A DNA stretch of 64,000 nt from an uncultured archaeon (GCA_964410585.1 CAYPFW010000001.1:64001-128000), one strand, 5' to 3'; positions 9,583 through 19,241 are shown, counted from the first letter of the stretch. Made by a program: numbers and translations. The notes: a model not told the origin generated them from the letters alone.

Positions 9583-10259
9583 TTAGTCTTAGTCGGCTCA
9601 AGTTTTGTCCAGCCAACTATTTTTAAATATTTAGTTTCTCTTTTTAATACTTGAATAACATTAGTACCCACTTCAAATGGTTGTTCTACCTCTCGTCTTC
9701 CAGCAACCTCGTTGATAAAATCAAATCTTGCAAGATCACCTTCACCCAAAAGGCTTGTGTGGGTTCCAACACCAAGTCTATGTATAAAACCCTTTGGATC
9801 TCTCACATCATATAATGTCAGACTTTGACCTATACCATTGAATGTATGCTCAACTTCTACAATGACACCTTCAACTTGTTGTGTTTTTATTGGGGTTTTG
9901 CTCCCTTGATCTACAAAAACTTCATTGTAAACTTTTAGCAATCTTTTTTCTATAGGAGAAAAAACTTGATCCAAAATTGAGTCTGGAAGAATTATATCAC
10001 TGTTTGCAAAATCGCCAACTATATCTTCTCTATATCCTGAATCTCTGGAGTTTCTTACTTCGCCGCGCATTATAATTGTTTCTGGGTATTCAGATCTTGA
10101 TCTAACAAGTGGTTTTTTAGGATCGCCGCGATAAAGAGACAGACCAGTTAATCCACGAATGTCTGATCCCTCAAATCGTATCGCTGTGACCCAGCCTACA
10201 TATTTAGATCCGTCTTCAGCATATCTGTTTATTAGTCTTTGTGGAAGTAATTTACTCAT
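9579..10259 (-). CDS. Hypothetical protein
   Basis: 226-aa ORF, no recognised motif. Confidence 0.7.
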   Translation of the reverse strand: MSKLLPQRLINRYAEDGSKYVGWVTAIRFEGSDIRGLTGLSLYRGDPKKPLVRSRSEYPETIIMRGEVRNSRDSGYREDIVGDFANSDIILPDSILDQVFSPIEKRLLKVYNEVFVDQGSKTPIKTQQVEGVIVEVEHTFNGIGQSLTLYDVRDPKGFIHRLGVGTHTSLLGEGDLARFDFINEVAGRREVEQPFEVGTNVIQVLKRETKYLKIVGWTKLEPTKTN

Positions 10260-10287
10260 CTCAGAAATTGAATATAGGTTTTAAATG

Positions 10288-11715
10288 TTAAACTGACCCC
10301 AGTTTCTTCTCCAATCCCTTCCTTATTTCAACAGCATCAACTTGTCCTCTTGTTTCTCTCATTACTTGGCCGACCAAAAACTCCAAGGATTTTTTCTCGC
10401 CGTTTTTGAAATCGGTGACAGCCTTCTTGTTTGCATCCAAAACTTTTTTCAAAACACTTTCCAAATCTATTTCAGTTTTCCCCAAATTGTATTTTTTGAT
10501 TATCTCCTTTGCTGATTTTTTCTCCTCAACCATTTTTCTAATTGTCTGCTCAGCATTCCTGTCTGTGATCTTTCCTTTCTCAAATTCTTCTAGAAGTTCA
10601 AAAATCCACTCATCTTTCAAACCAGAATTTTTGTATTTTAAGTTGTTCCAATTCAATGTCTTTTTCAAATCGCCTGCCAAAAATCCTGCTGCTATATCTG
10701 GTTTTAGTTTTTTTGAAATTTTCTCAAAAAGGTCAGCAACGTCTTTTTCAGAAATCAAAGACTCTGCGAGCTTTTGGTGAATTTTGTATTGTTTGACAAA
10801 CCTGTCAAATTTCTCATCTGGAAGTTCTGGGATTTCTTTTTTTATTGAATCTAAAAATTGTTTTGTCAGTTCTATTTTTGTCAAATCTGGCTCGAAAATA
10901 TATCCATACTCAGCTTCTTCTTCTTTTCCTCTCATCTCATGTGTTGTCCCAATATCGGGGTTCCATGTCCTTGTTTCCCTTTTTATCTGCGCGTCTTTTG
11001 TTAGCAAATTTTTTTGCCTGATGATTTCAAATTTCAAAGCATCCTCAACTTCCTTTGTCCCTGTGATATTTTTTATTTCAACTCTTGTGCCTTCCATACC
11101 TTCTGGATTCAAAGAAATGTTTGCATCGGATTTTAGAACAGCTTGTGTAGTTGAATCATACATTCCCATATATTCGAGTATCATTGTAAGCTTTGTCAAG
11201 TAAAGTCTTGCTTCTTCTGGGCTTTCAAAATCAGGCTCTGTAACTATTTCCACAAGTGGTGTGCCTGCTCTGTTGTAATCTACTAAAACATATTTTCCGC
11301 CAATTCCACCAACGTGTATGACCTGAGCAGGATCTTCCTCTATATGTATTCTTTTTATCCTGATTGTTTTCTTTTTCCCATTCAAATCAAAACTAATTTT
11401 TCCTTCCAATCCAAGAGGGACTTCGTATTGTGTGATTTGATAGTCTTTTGACATGTCTGGATAAAAATAAGTTTTCCTTGAGAAGAACATTTCTTTAGGA
11501 ATTTTGCATCCAAGAGCCAATGCAGCTTTTGTTGCCAACTCAACAACTCTTTTGTTTAATACTGGTTTTGATCCTGGAAAACCCAAACAAATTTCGCAAG
11601 TTAAAGAGTTTGGTTCAGCATCTTCTTTCAAATTCACAGGATTTTTACAACTGCAAAAAAGTTTGCTCTTCGAGTTCAGTTGGACATGTGTTTCCAGACC
11701 AATTTTTATCTTCAT
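10288..11715 (-). CDS. gatB: Asp/Glu-tRNA amidotransferase subunit B
   Basis: IGLETHVQL, RKTYFYPD, DYNRAGTPLVEIVTEPD, GQVMRETRG; start reassigned to ATG 11715. Confidence 0.97.
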   Translation of the reverse strand: MKIKIGLETHVQLNSKSKLFCSCKNPVNLKEDAEPNSLTCEICLGFPGSKPVLNKRVVELATKAALALGCKIPKEMFFSRKTYFYPDMSKDYQITQYEVPLGLEGKISFDLNGKKKTIRIKRIHIEEDPAQVIHVGGIGGKYVLVDYNRAGTPLVEIVTEPDFESPEEARLYLTKLTMILEYMGMYDSTTQAVLKSDANISLNPEGMEGTRVEIKNITGTKEVEDALKFEIIRQKNLLTKDAQIKRETRTWNPDIGTTHEMRGKEEEAEYGYIFEPDLTKIELTKQFLDSIKKEIPELPDEKFDRFVKQYKIHQKLAESLISEKDVADLFEKISKKLKPDIAAGFLAGDLKKTLNWNNLKYKNSGLKDEWIFELLEEFEKGKITDRNAEQTIRKMVEEKKSAKEIIKKYNLGKTEIDLESVLKKVLDANKKAVTDFKNGEKKSLEFLVGQVMRETRGQVDAVEIRKGLEKKLGSV

Positions 11716-11800
11716 CTTAAAACCTCCAGCGGGTCGTGTCTCCTGTGAAGGAGACGCGAGACATCTCTGCATCCATTTTTAGAGATGCAGATTTTAAGGA
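11716..11800 (-). repeat. Module C structured element in the gatB leader
   Basis: GGTCGTGTCTC..GAGACGCGAGACATCTC nearly identical to 507-546; outer stem CCTTAAAATC/GGTTTTAAG abuts the ATG. Confidence 0.65.
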
Positions 11801-11879
11801 ATCCAGCAATCACTGTATCTGATTTCATCTAATTAATTGAAAAATCTAAAATATATAAGCAGTTGAGCCAATTATCCAT

Positions 11880-12908
11880 ATGTACAAACTAATCCCTATT
11901 CTGCTTTTAGTCGCGATAGTTATTGTTTCTGGTTGTATTTCTGTTCCCCCTACAGTTCCTCCGACACCCCCAGAAAATTCATGCAATTGGGATGCTGGAC
12001 CATGTGATGCAATTATTGGCAAAGGATATTTTTTCAATTCTGAAACAGGCAACTGTGAGCCCTCTCCGAGAAGTGGATGCAGCGGTCCCCCATTCCAAGA
12101 CTTATATGAGTGCCAATCGTCTTGTACAGGAAAAATAGATCCTAAAGACAAATGTTTACCCTTGACTCAATCTGAGTGTGAATCAACTGTAGGATGTGAA
12201 CCATACTTTGAAAAAGTTTGCGGTTTTGCTGGAGATTGTAATGATCTATATTATAGCTGCGTGCCTGCAGAAGTAGATCCAGCAACACTCTGTGATGACG
12301 TCAAATGCCCTGAAGGACAAGCATGTTTTGAAGGTGGGTGTGTATCAACTACATCAGAAACAATTGTCTTGAATTTTGATGGATATAGAGAGTCTTGTAC
12401 AGATGAGCCAAAACTGCTTGTTGAAAAGAATGGAAAAAGAACAGAAGTCAAAAACTATCTCTGGGATACAGCTCCGATTTATCTAAATGGAGAATATAGA
12501 GAATATCCTACAATGTGTGATTATGCTGTGTGTCAAAGTGTTTCAGAATATCCGATTGATGTTGAGCTTGTATCGTATGAACAAATTGGCACAAAAGAAG
12601 GAGTACCAGAATACACTACATTGCCAATAAAACAGCCTGTTACAGTAGAATTGAATTATTACAAAACAGAAGATGATTGTAACAAAAAAATAAATACACA
12701 GAAATTTTCGCAAACTTATAATTCTAATGATGTCGAGTTATCAGAAGAAAAACTGTGCCAACAAGCAGGCGGCGAGTGGAAAACTTTCAACAATGGATGT
12801 GTAGATTCATGCCGCAGATATGAAATGTGTACACAGGCTCTTACAGATGGCTGCGACTGTGGGCCAGATAAATGCTGGGGTGGAGAAAGATGTTTAAATA
12901 ATTCCTAA
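11880..12908 (+). CDS. Cys-rich lipoprotein with a Kunitz/BPTI-like domain
   Basis: VSGC lipobox; C..DAGPC.A....YFFN...G.C......GC.G..F....EC...C. Confidence 0.75.
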   Translation: MYKLIPILLLVAIVIVSGCISVPPTVPPTPPENSCNWDAGPCDAIIGKGYFFNSETGNCEPSPRSGCSGPPFQDLYECQSSCTGKIDPKDKCLPLTQSECESTVGCEPYFEKVCGFAGDCNDLYYSCVPAEVDPATLCDDVKCPEGQACFEGGCVSTTSETIVLNFDGYRESCTDEPKLLVEKNGKRTEVKNYLWDTAPIYLNGEYREYPTMCDYAVCQSVSEYPIDVELVSYEQIGTKEGVPEYTTLPIKQPVTVELNYYKTEDDCNKKINTQKFSQTYNSNDVELSEEKLCQQAGGEWKTFNNGCVDSCRRYEMCTQALTDGCDCGPDKCWGGERCLNNS

Positions 12909-12919
12909 AATTGTTGATT

Positions 12920-13207
12920 CTAAACCTTCCCTTTCTTCAAGAAAAATCCCCTAGAAACCATTTCTTTGTGAACTTCCAAAGCAGCATCAGTAAGCTCAGC
13001 TTCTATAGCCAAACCCTTTTCAGAAATTTTCACCAAACCCAAATTTTCTAAATTCCTCAGCGCCTTTATCTCAGAAGCAATTGCTGTCTCATATTTTTTT
13101 TCGAATTTTAGTTTGTCTATCCAGTGAGAAATTCTGTCCATTGTTCTGTGAGCATCTGATGGTTGGAGCATCTCCTTCAAAACATTGTCTAGTTGTCTAA
13201 GATCCAT
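12920..13207 (-). CDS. Hypothetical protein, possibly winged-helix
   Basis: 95 aa; LRNLENLGLVK..ELTD resembles a wHTH wing. Confidence 0.6.
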   Translation of the reverse strand: MDLRQLDNVLKEMLQPSDAHRTMDRISHWIDKLKFEKKYETAIASEIKALRNLENLGLVKISEKGLAIEAELTDAALEVHKEMVSRGFFLKKGKV

Positions 13208-13330
13208 ATCAACAAATATTGAAATTCTAAATATAAAACGTTTTCTGTTCTACATTTGTCAAAAAGTCAACTTATTATAGAATTAGGCCTCAAATAGATA
13301 AGGTTAAAAAGCTAACTCTTTGATTATTTT

Positions 13331-14008
13331 ATGGCAGTTGAATTTGTTACAGTAGATAGATTATCAGATGCAAATTTTGAGGAAGTTGTGAGAATACATG
13401 CTTTTTCTTGGCTTCCTATTCTTCAAAGGGAGCTACAAACAGAAGACCAGGACGCAATTTTATCAGCGGTTAGAAATCAATACAATTCTAGAAGAGAAGT
13501 TTTTCCAGAAGGCCAAATAGCTGCTATTTCAGGTGTTTTGGTAGGTTCAATAAGCTCCCTTGTTGTTAGAACACAAACAGTTGCCGATCTCCCGCCAACA
13601 TATTGTGAGATGACAGATAGAGGATATTTGAGAAATCATGTTCCAGATGGAAATACTTTAGTCTGTCCAACTGTCACAGTTGATAAAAATTTTAGAGGTT
13701 TTGGAATAGCGAAAGATTTGGTAAAGGCACAGGCTAGACTCGCTGCTCAAAGAGGCTCTGAATTTTTGTATGCTTATTCTAGACCAGCTGGTTTCAGAAA
13801 ATTTATTGGAAAAAGCGGAGATATGCCAGTAGAGACGTATGTTGGTTTGAAAAGAAATGGTTCACTTCAAGATCCTGTTTTAGGTATGCACTATGATAAC
13901 GGTGCCTGTGTAGCAAGAATAATTCCAGACGCAAGGCCAGCTGATGTGGATGCCCGTGGCCACATTGTTGTGATGCAATATCCGAGGGAAGCTTGGAGAA
14001 GAGGCTGA
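13331..14008 (+). CDS. GNAT N-acetyltransferase
   Basis: FPEGQ, VTVDKNFRGFGIAKDL, DPVLGMH. Confidence 0.85.
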   Translation: MAVEFVTVDRLSDANFEEVVRIHAFSWLPILQRELQTEDQDAILSAVRNQYNSRREVFPEGQIAAISGVLVGSISSLVVRTQTVADLPPTYCEMTDRGYLRNHVPDGNTLVCPTVTVDKNFRGFGIAKDLVKAQARLAAQRGSEFLYAYSRPAGFRKFIGKSGDMPVETYVGLKRNGSLQDPVLGMHYDNGACVARIIPDARPADVDARGHIVVMQYPREAWRRG

Positions 14009-14089
14009 TTTTACAAAATTGTCGAATCCCCAAACGTTGGTTTAAATATTCAACATTCGTATTAGTTAGATACTTTTATTTATTTGGCT

Positions 14090-15274
14090 ATGAAACTCTA
14101 TGAGTTTGAAGGTAAAGAACTTTTTAAAAAGTCAGGGATAGCTGTGCCAAAATCTATACTTGTTGGAAGCCCTGAAAACTTACCAAAGAACCTTCTGGTT
14201 GTAAAATCCCAACTTCTGTCAGGAAAAAGAGGAAAGGCTGGTGTGATAAAAGTTTGCTCTTCGCAAGAGGACGTAGAAAAATCTGTAAAAGAATTTTTGG
14301 GGAAAAAAGTCAACAATGAAGAAATTAAAAAAATTCTGCTCGAAGAAAAACTCGATGTCAAAAAAGAATATTACTTGTCAATCACATATGACACGCGTGC
14401 GCGGTCACCTGTTTTCATTCTCTGTGCATCTGGTGGAATGGATATAGAAGAGTACAAAGAAAAAAATCCAGGAAAAGTTTTAATTGAGCCAGTTGATTTG
14501 ACAGAGGAATTTGATCTGAAAAAAGCGCAGGCGCTTGCTAAAAAAGCGGGCTTCCCAGAAAAATCAGCTGAAATAATTTTGAACCTTTTCAATTGTTTCA
14601 AAAAATTCGATTGCAGGATTGCAGAAATAAACCCTTTAGTTGAAACATCGTCTGGTTTTTTCGCAGCTGACTCAAAAATTGTTTTAGATGATGATGCTTT
14701 GTTTAGGCACACTGATCTTGTTTTCCCACCAAGAACAGCAGGGGGAAGACAGCTCACAAAATTAGAAGAAGAAGCAAAACAAGTTGATAAAGAAGATTAT
14801 CGTGGTACAGCAGGCTCGTCTTTCATAGAATTGGATGGCGACATAGCAATTCTTGCTTCAGGTGGAGGGGCTTCAATAACATGTGTAGATGCTTTGATTG
14901 CATATGGCGGTCGCCCAGCAAACTATGTTGAATATTCTGGAAATCCGCCAAAAGCAAAGGTGAAAAGGCTCACAGAAGTCACTTTGTCTAAACCAAATTT
15001 GAAAGGCTGTTGGATAGTTGGTGGCAGAGCCAATTTCACAGATATATATGAAACCCTGAAAGGTATTGTAGAGGCTTTGGAAGAACTAAATCCAAAATAT
15101 CCTATAATTGTCAGAAGAGCAGGACCAAGAGACAAAGAAGCATTTGAAATGCTAAAAGAAAAAGCAAAAAAGCATGGATGGAATTTGCTTGCTTTCGGTG
15201 ATGAAACACCAATGACAGAAACTGCGAAAATTTTGTTGGATGAAATTCGCAAAGTGAATGGGGGAAAGTACTAG
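14090..15274 (+). CDS. ATP-grasp subunit of citryl-CoA synthetase / ATP-citrate lyase (SucC fold)
   Basis: MKLYEFEGK, GKRGKAG, EINPL, and ACL-type ASGGGAS, ANYVEYSGNP, GGRANFTDI. Confidence 0.85.
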   Translation: MKLYEFEGKELFKKSGIAVPKSILVGSPENLPKNLLVVKSQLLSGKRGKAGVIKVCSSQEDVEKSVKEFLGKKVNNEEIKKILLEEKLDVKKEYYLSITYDTRARSPVFILCASGGMDIEEYKEKNPGKVLIEPVDLTEEFDLKKAQALAKKAGFPEKSAEIILNLFNCFKKFDCRIAEINPLVETSSGFFAADSKIVLDDDALFRHTDLVFPPRTAGGRQLTKLEEEAKQVDKEDYRGTAGSSFIELDGDIAILASGGGASITCVDALIAYGGRPANYVEYSGNPPKAKVKRLTEVTLSKPNLKGCWIVGGRANFTDIYETLKGIVEALEELNPKYPIIVRRAGPRDKEAFEMLKEKAKKHGWNLLAFGDETPMTETAKILLDEIRKVNGGKY

Positions 15275-15275
15275 T

Positions 15276-16169
15276 ATGTCAATCCTAATCGACAAAAATA
15301 CAAAAGTATTGGTTCAGGGAATCACAGGAAAAGAAGGTTCAAAATCAACAAAAGAAATGATAGAATACGGGACAAAAGTTGTTGCAGGTGTCACTCCAGG
15401 AAAAGGTGGCCAACAAGTTGAGGGGCTTCCTGTTTACAACACAGTAAAAGATGCTGTGCAAAAACATCCAGAAATAAATGCAACTGTTTTATATGTGCCA
15501 CCTGCTGGTTTGAAAGCAGCGGCCATCGAGGCCATAGATGCTGGCATTCCTCTTTTGAACATAATTACAGAGCATGTACCTATCCAAGATTCAGCATACA
15601 TCTATGCATATGCAAAAAAGAAAAAAGCAAGTATTGTTGGCCCGTCTTCTGTTGGAATAATTTCTCCTGGAAAATGTAGGCTTGGTTCAATTGGCGGAAT
15701 AGATCCTTCAATTCAGTTTGTCCCAGGAAATATTGGAGTAATTTCAAAATCAGGTGGAATGTCTTCTGAAATTTCTTTGATAATAAAAAAAGCAGGTTTG
15801 GGCCAATCTACTGTGGTTGGTATGGGTGGTGATGTTGTCGCAGGTTCAACATTCCACGAGTTCCTAGAACTTTTTGAAAAAGATTCAGAGACAAAAGGAG
15901 TTGTTGTTTTTGGCGAGCTTGGTGGAACATATGAAGAGCAGCTTGCAGAATTTATCAAAGCGAAAAAATTCACAAAACCTGTTGCTGCTTTCATTGGTGG
16001 TGAATTTGCAGTCAATTTGCCAGAAGGACAATCTTTAGGACATGCTGGTGCTTTGATAGAAGGAAAAACGGGCTTGCCTCAAAACAAGAAAAAGGCGCTC
16101 CAAGAAGCTGGTGTAAAAGTTGCAAAAGTTCCAGGCGAACTCGGGGAATTGATCAAAGGATTAATTTGA
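15276..16169 (+). CDS. CoA-binding, phospho-His subunit (SucD fold) of citryl-CoA synthetase
   Basis: [30 protein letters not shown]. Confidence 0.88.
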   Translation: MSILIDKNTKVLVQGITGKEGSKSTKEMIEYGTKVVAGVTPGKGGQQVEGLPVYNTVKDAVQKHPEINATVLYVPPAGLKAAAIEAIDAGIPLLNIITEHVPIQDSAYIYAYAKKKKASIVGPSSVGIISPGKCRLGSIGGIDPSIQFVPGNIGVISKSGGMSSEISLIIKKAGLGQSTVVGMGGDVVAGSTFHEFLELFEKDSETKGVVVFGELGGTYEEQLAEFIKAKKFTKPVAAFIGGEFAVNLPEGQSLGHAGALIEGKTGLPQNKKKALQEAGVKVAKVPGELGELIKGLI

Positions 16170-16202
16170 TACCTTTTTATATATCGGTCAACAATTAATT
16201 TT

Positions 16203-16811
16203 ATGCAGCTGAAAACTATTTTTGTGCTCATGCTTATTTCGATTGTTTTAATCTCTGGATGTACAGTGCCCCAAGATCAACAAAAACTAAAAATTGAAAA
16301 AACAACAGACACTGATTTAACATCACAAGTGGAAAGTGATCAGCAGAAAACAGAAACCCCTTCTGAGCAAACTAAAACAGTTCCCTCTGACAAAGAAACA
16401 AAAAGCTCAGAAGATTTGTCAACAAGTGAGCCTCTAAAATTTTCAGGAAATGTTTTAGCTGGAACATCGTCTCCTTTTATCGAATTCAATAGTCCAGACT
16501 TTCAGCTTGCTTTGGAATCAGACAAACTAATTATCCTTTCATTCTATGCAAATTGGTGTCCTATATGTAAAGCAGAAGAGCCTGAGCTTTTCGCAGGTTT
16601 TAATGAGTTAGAAACAGACAATGTTGTTGGCTTTAGGGTTAATTTCAATGACGATCAAACTGATTTTGAAGAACAGAAGCTAGCAGAGGATTATCAAGTT
16701 CCATACCAGCACACAAGAGTTTTTATAAAAAATAAAGAAATTGTTTTAAAAACCCCAGAGTCTTGGACAAAAGAGAGATTGTTGGAAGAAATAAACAAGT
16801 ATTTAGAATAA
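16203..16811 (+). CDS. Thioredoxin-like lipoprotein
   Basis: ISGC lipobox; FYANWCPIC. Confidence 0.88.
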   Translation: MQLKTIFVLMLISIVLISGCTVPQDQQKLKIEKTTDTDLTSQVESDQQKTETPSEQTKTVPSDKETKSSEDLSTSEPLKFSGNVLAGTSSPFIEFNSPDFQLALESDKLIILSFYANWCPICKAEEPELFAGFNELETDNVVGFRVNFNDDQTDFEEQKLAEDYQVPYQHTRVFIKNKEIVLKTPESWTKERLLEEINKYLE

Positions 16812-16812
16812 T

Positions 16813-17532
16813 ATGAATAGGCAAACTGTAATTTTCCTGAACTCAGTTGCTTTTGTTCTAGGTTTTTCTTTTATTTTTTCTTTAGTTGGTGTTTTAGTGA
16901 ACTCTATTCTTTCAAATGTTGCATACACAACTGTAAATCTGCTTCGATTGGTTGGTGGAACAGTGATCATACTTTTTGGGATTTTTCTGATAGCTTCACT
17001 GAAATATAAAATCCCTTTCCTGCAATCAGAGCATAAGATAAAAATTAAAAAATTCAAAATAAGTTATATTTCTTCTTTTTTGTTTGGTGTTGCCTTTGCA
17101 GTTGGTTGGACTCCATGTGTCGGTGCTATCTTAGGTTCAATATACGCCCTAGCTGCTACCTCTCCTGGTTCTAGCTTCCTTCTTTTGTTCACATATTCAT
17201 TGGGAATTGGTATACCGTTTTTGATTGCAGGCGCATTCACATCAAAAGTCTCAAAGTTTGTTGAAAAATCCCAAAAAGTTTTAAAGTATTTCAATATAAT
17301 TGGTGGCCTGCTTTTGATTTTAATTGGACTCTTTGTTTTATTCAATTATTTAGGAATTGTGGCTGCATTTTTTGTTGGAGGGGAAGGTATTGTAGTTTCA
17401 GGGCAATTGAATTTTTTAATTGCGTTTTTAGCAGGCGTTGTAACTTTTATTTCTCCATGTATTCTTCCTCTGCTTCCTGCTTTCTTCTCCTATATGGCTG
17501 GAACAGCTGCAACCACTTTAAAAGAAAATTAG
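16813..17532 (+). CDS. ccdA: Cytochrome c biogenesis CcdA-family protein, circularly permuted
   Basis: GWTPCVGAIL; the usually N-terminal AFLAG..TFISPCILPLLP motif lies at the C-terminus. Confidence 0.85.
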   Translation: MNRQTVIFLNSVAFVLGFSFIFSLVGVLVNSILSNVAYTTVNLLRLVGGTVIILFGIFLIASLKYKIPFLQSEHKIKIKKFKISYISSFLFGVAFAVGWTPCVGAILGSIYALAATSPGSSFLLLFTYSLGIGIPFLIAGAFTSKVSKFVEKSQKVLKYFNIIGGLLLILIGLFVLFNYLGIVAAFFVGGEGIVVSGQLNFLIAFLAGVVTFISPCILPLLPAFFSYMAGTAATTLKEN

Positions 17533-17590
17533 CGATTGCCGTATATTCTGAGAATATGCTTTTAAAACCGTCAGATCTAATTAGTGTGAT

Positions 17591-18337
17591 ATGACAGACA
17601 AGAAATGGAAGACTAGGATTGCAGATTCGTCTGATGAAAGGACAGTTGTAAGAGGATACAATTTGATGGATTTGATTGGTCGCCTTTCATTTTCAGAAAT
17701 GATTTTTTTAGAATTGAGAGGAAAACTTCCAAATGAAAAAGAGAGGAAAATGATGGACGCAATTCTTGTCTCAACTGTAGAGCATGGTATAGCGCCTCCA
17801 TCTATCACAGCAGCTAGGACAGCCTTTTCTGGAGGAAATCCGATTTCAGCAGGCGTCGCAGCAGGTGTTTTGGCAATTGGTGAACATCATGGTGGAGCAA
17901 TTGAACAAGCCGCAAAAGTTTACCAAGAGAACCTTTTGAAATCAGCAGATGAAGTTGTCAAAGATTATAGAACAAAGAGAATGAGACTTCCTGGATATGG
18001 TCACAAAATTTACACAATTGATCCAAGAACAGTGAAAATGTTCCAAGTGGCTGAAGAGCTGGGAATTTTCGGCCACCACTGCAGGTTTGCACAAGAGGTC
18101 GAAAAATCTTTGGAAAAAGATTTGGGCAGAAAACTTTGTTTGAATGTTGACGGTGCCATTGCTGCAATTATGTCTGACATGGGTTTTGATTGGAGATTGG
18201 GGAAAGGATTTTTCATCATTGGGAGAACAGTTGGGATAATTGCACACTTGCACGAAGAATGGACAACAGAACCTCCTTTCAGAAGATTGGACAGGTCAGA
18301 ATATGACTATCTGGGCGAAGAAGGGAAGAAGTTGTAG
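17591..18337 (+). CDS. Citryl-CoA lyase (citrate-synthase homology domain)
   Basis: W.T.I, VRGY.L.DLIG, EHGIAPPS, HHGGA, LPGYGH, LNVDGAIAA. Confidence 0.87.
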   Translation: MTDKKWKTRIADSSDERTVVRGYNLMDLIGRLSFSEMIFLELRGKLPNEKERKMMDAILVSTVEHGIAPPSITAARTAFSGGNPISAGVAAGVLAIGEHHGGAIEQAAKVYQENLLKSADEVVKDYRTKRMRLPGYGHKIYTIDPRTVKMFQVAEELGIFGHHCRFAQEVEKSLEKDLGRKLCLNVDGAIAAIMSDMGFDWRLGKGFFIIGRTVGIIAHLHEEWTTEPPFRRLDRSEYDYLGEEGKKL

Positions 18338-18394
18338 GCGGTTTTGGATACGGTAGCCTTTTGCAAAAGGCGGGAGCCTTTAAAAGGCTAGCAG
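18337..18394 (-). mobile_element. Module A element with 14-bp flanking direct repeat
   Basis: Minus strand CTAGCCTTTT...AAAAGGCTACCGTATCCAAAAC; GGGAAGAAGTTGTA at 18323-18336 and 18395-18408. Confidence 0.85.
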
Positions 18395-18408
18395 GGGAAG
18401 AAGTTGTA

Positions 18409-18669
18409 ATGTTTAATTTCCTGAAAAAGAAAAAAGAAGAAAAGTGTGCCAAGTGTGATAAGGCAGTCCACAAAATAGAAGGCTGGTATGGAGATACAGA
18501 CCTCCAGAATGAAAAGCCTTTGAAATCTAATTTTTGCATAGATCATTTGGTTCAAGAAAGTCCTAAAGATTTCAATAAACACATAATCAACTACGCAAAA
18601 AATGTCAATGAATACGACGAAAAGATGAGAAAGAAATACGAAAAGAGCAAAACTGAAACACACAACTAG
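18409..18669 (+). CDS. Small Zn-finger-like hypothetical protein
   Basis: CAKC...FCIDH; start reassigned to ATG 18409, downstream of the element. Confidence 0.6.
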   Translation: MFNFLKKKKEEKCAKCDKAVHKIEGWYGDTDLQNEKPLKSNFCIDHLVQESPKDFNKHIINYAKNVNEYDEKMRKKYEKSKTETHN

Positions 18670-18698
18670 TTTTTAATTGGATCCAAACAAATATAATA

Positions 18699-19241
18699 AT
18701 GGAAATAGTAACAAAAGATTTTAAGGAGATTTTTTCTGCAGAAATTATTTCAATAACAGGCGGCCTGTTAGCTGGTTTACTTTTGGCTTTTTATGTTGAC
18801 AAAATATATCTTGTTCCAGGAATTTTCATCCTCCTCCCAGGATTTTTGGAAATGAGAGGAAACATAAGTGGAACAATTTCAGCAAGGCTGAGTTCAGGAC
18901 TTTTCCTCAATGTGGTTAAGCCTTCTATAAAAAATAACAGAGTACTAAAAGGCAATGTCCTTGCTTCAATTGTTTTGGTTGTTCTTGTCTCTCTTCTACT
19001 TGGGGCAGTAAGCTACCTTGTTACTTATTTTATTTTTGGCTTAAATTTCCCTCAAATAATTTTGATTTCCTTTATTGCAGCTGTTTTATCAAGTGTTATT
19101 CAGATACCGCTTTCAATTGCTACAACTTTTTGGATTTTCAAAAAAGGGCATGATCCAAACAATATAATGGGACCTTACATAACAACAACAGGCGACATAA
19201 TTAGTATAGCTTCCCTTTTGGTAGCAATATTTTTGGTATGA
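18699..19241 (+). CDS. MgtE-type divalent cation transporter membrane domain
   Basis: LLPGFLEMRGNI, DPNNIMGPYITTTGD. Confidence 0.9.
   Translation: MEIVTKDFKEIFSAEIISITGGLLAGLLLAFYVDKIYLVPGIFILLPGFLEMRGNISGTISARLSSGLFLNVVKPSIKNNRVLKGNVLASIVLVVLVSLLLGAVSYLVTYFIFGLNFPQIILISFIAAVLSSVIQIPLSIATTFWIFKKGHDPNNIMGPYITTTGDIISIASLLVAIFLV

Noticed and set aside
11716-11772. N-terminal extensions of gatB, 18361, 28666, 46555 and 5132 in the ORF track
   Set aside because: They run through repeat elements, leaders or neighbouring genes; downstream ATGs match the family N-termini.
14090-16169. Plain succinyl-CoA synthetase sucCD
   Set aside because: The beta subunit has ACL-type citrate-binding motifs and a citryl-CoA lyase is nearby, so gene symbols were withheld.
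18337-18394. Classical MITE with terminal inverted repeats
   Set aside because: No shared terminal inverted repeats, variable duplication length and no transposase in the window; another DNA-based mechanism is not excluded.
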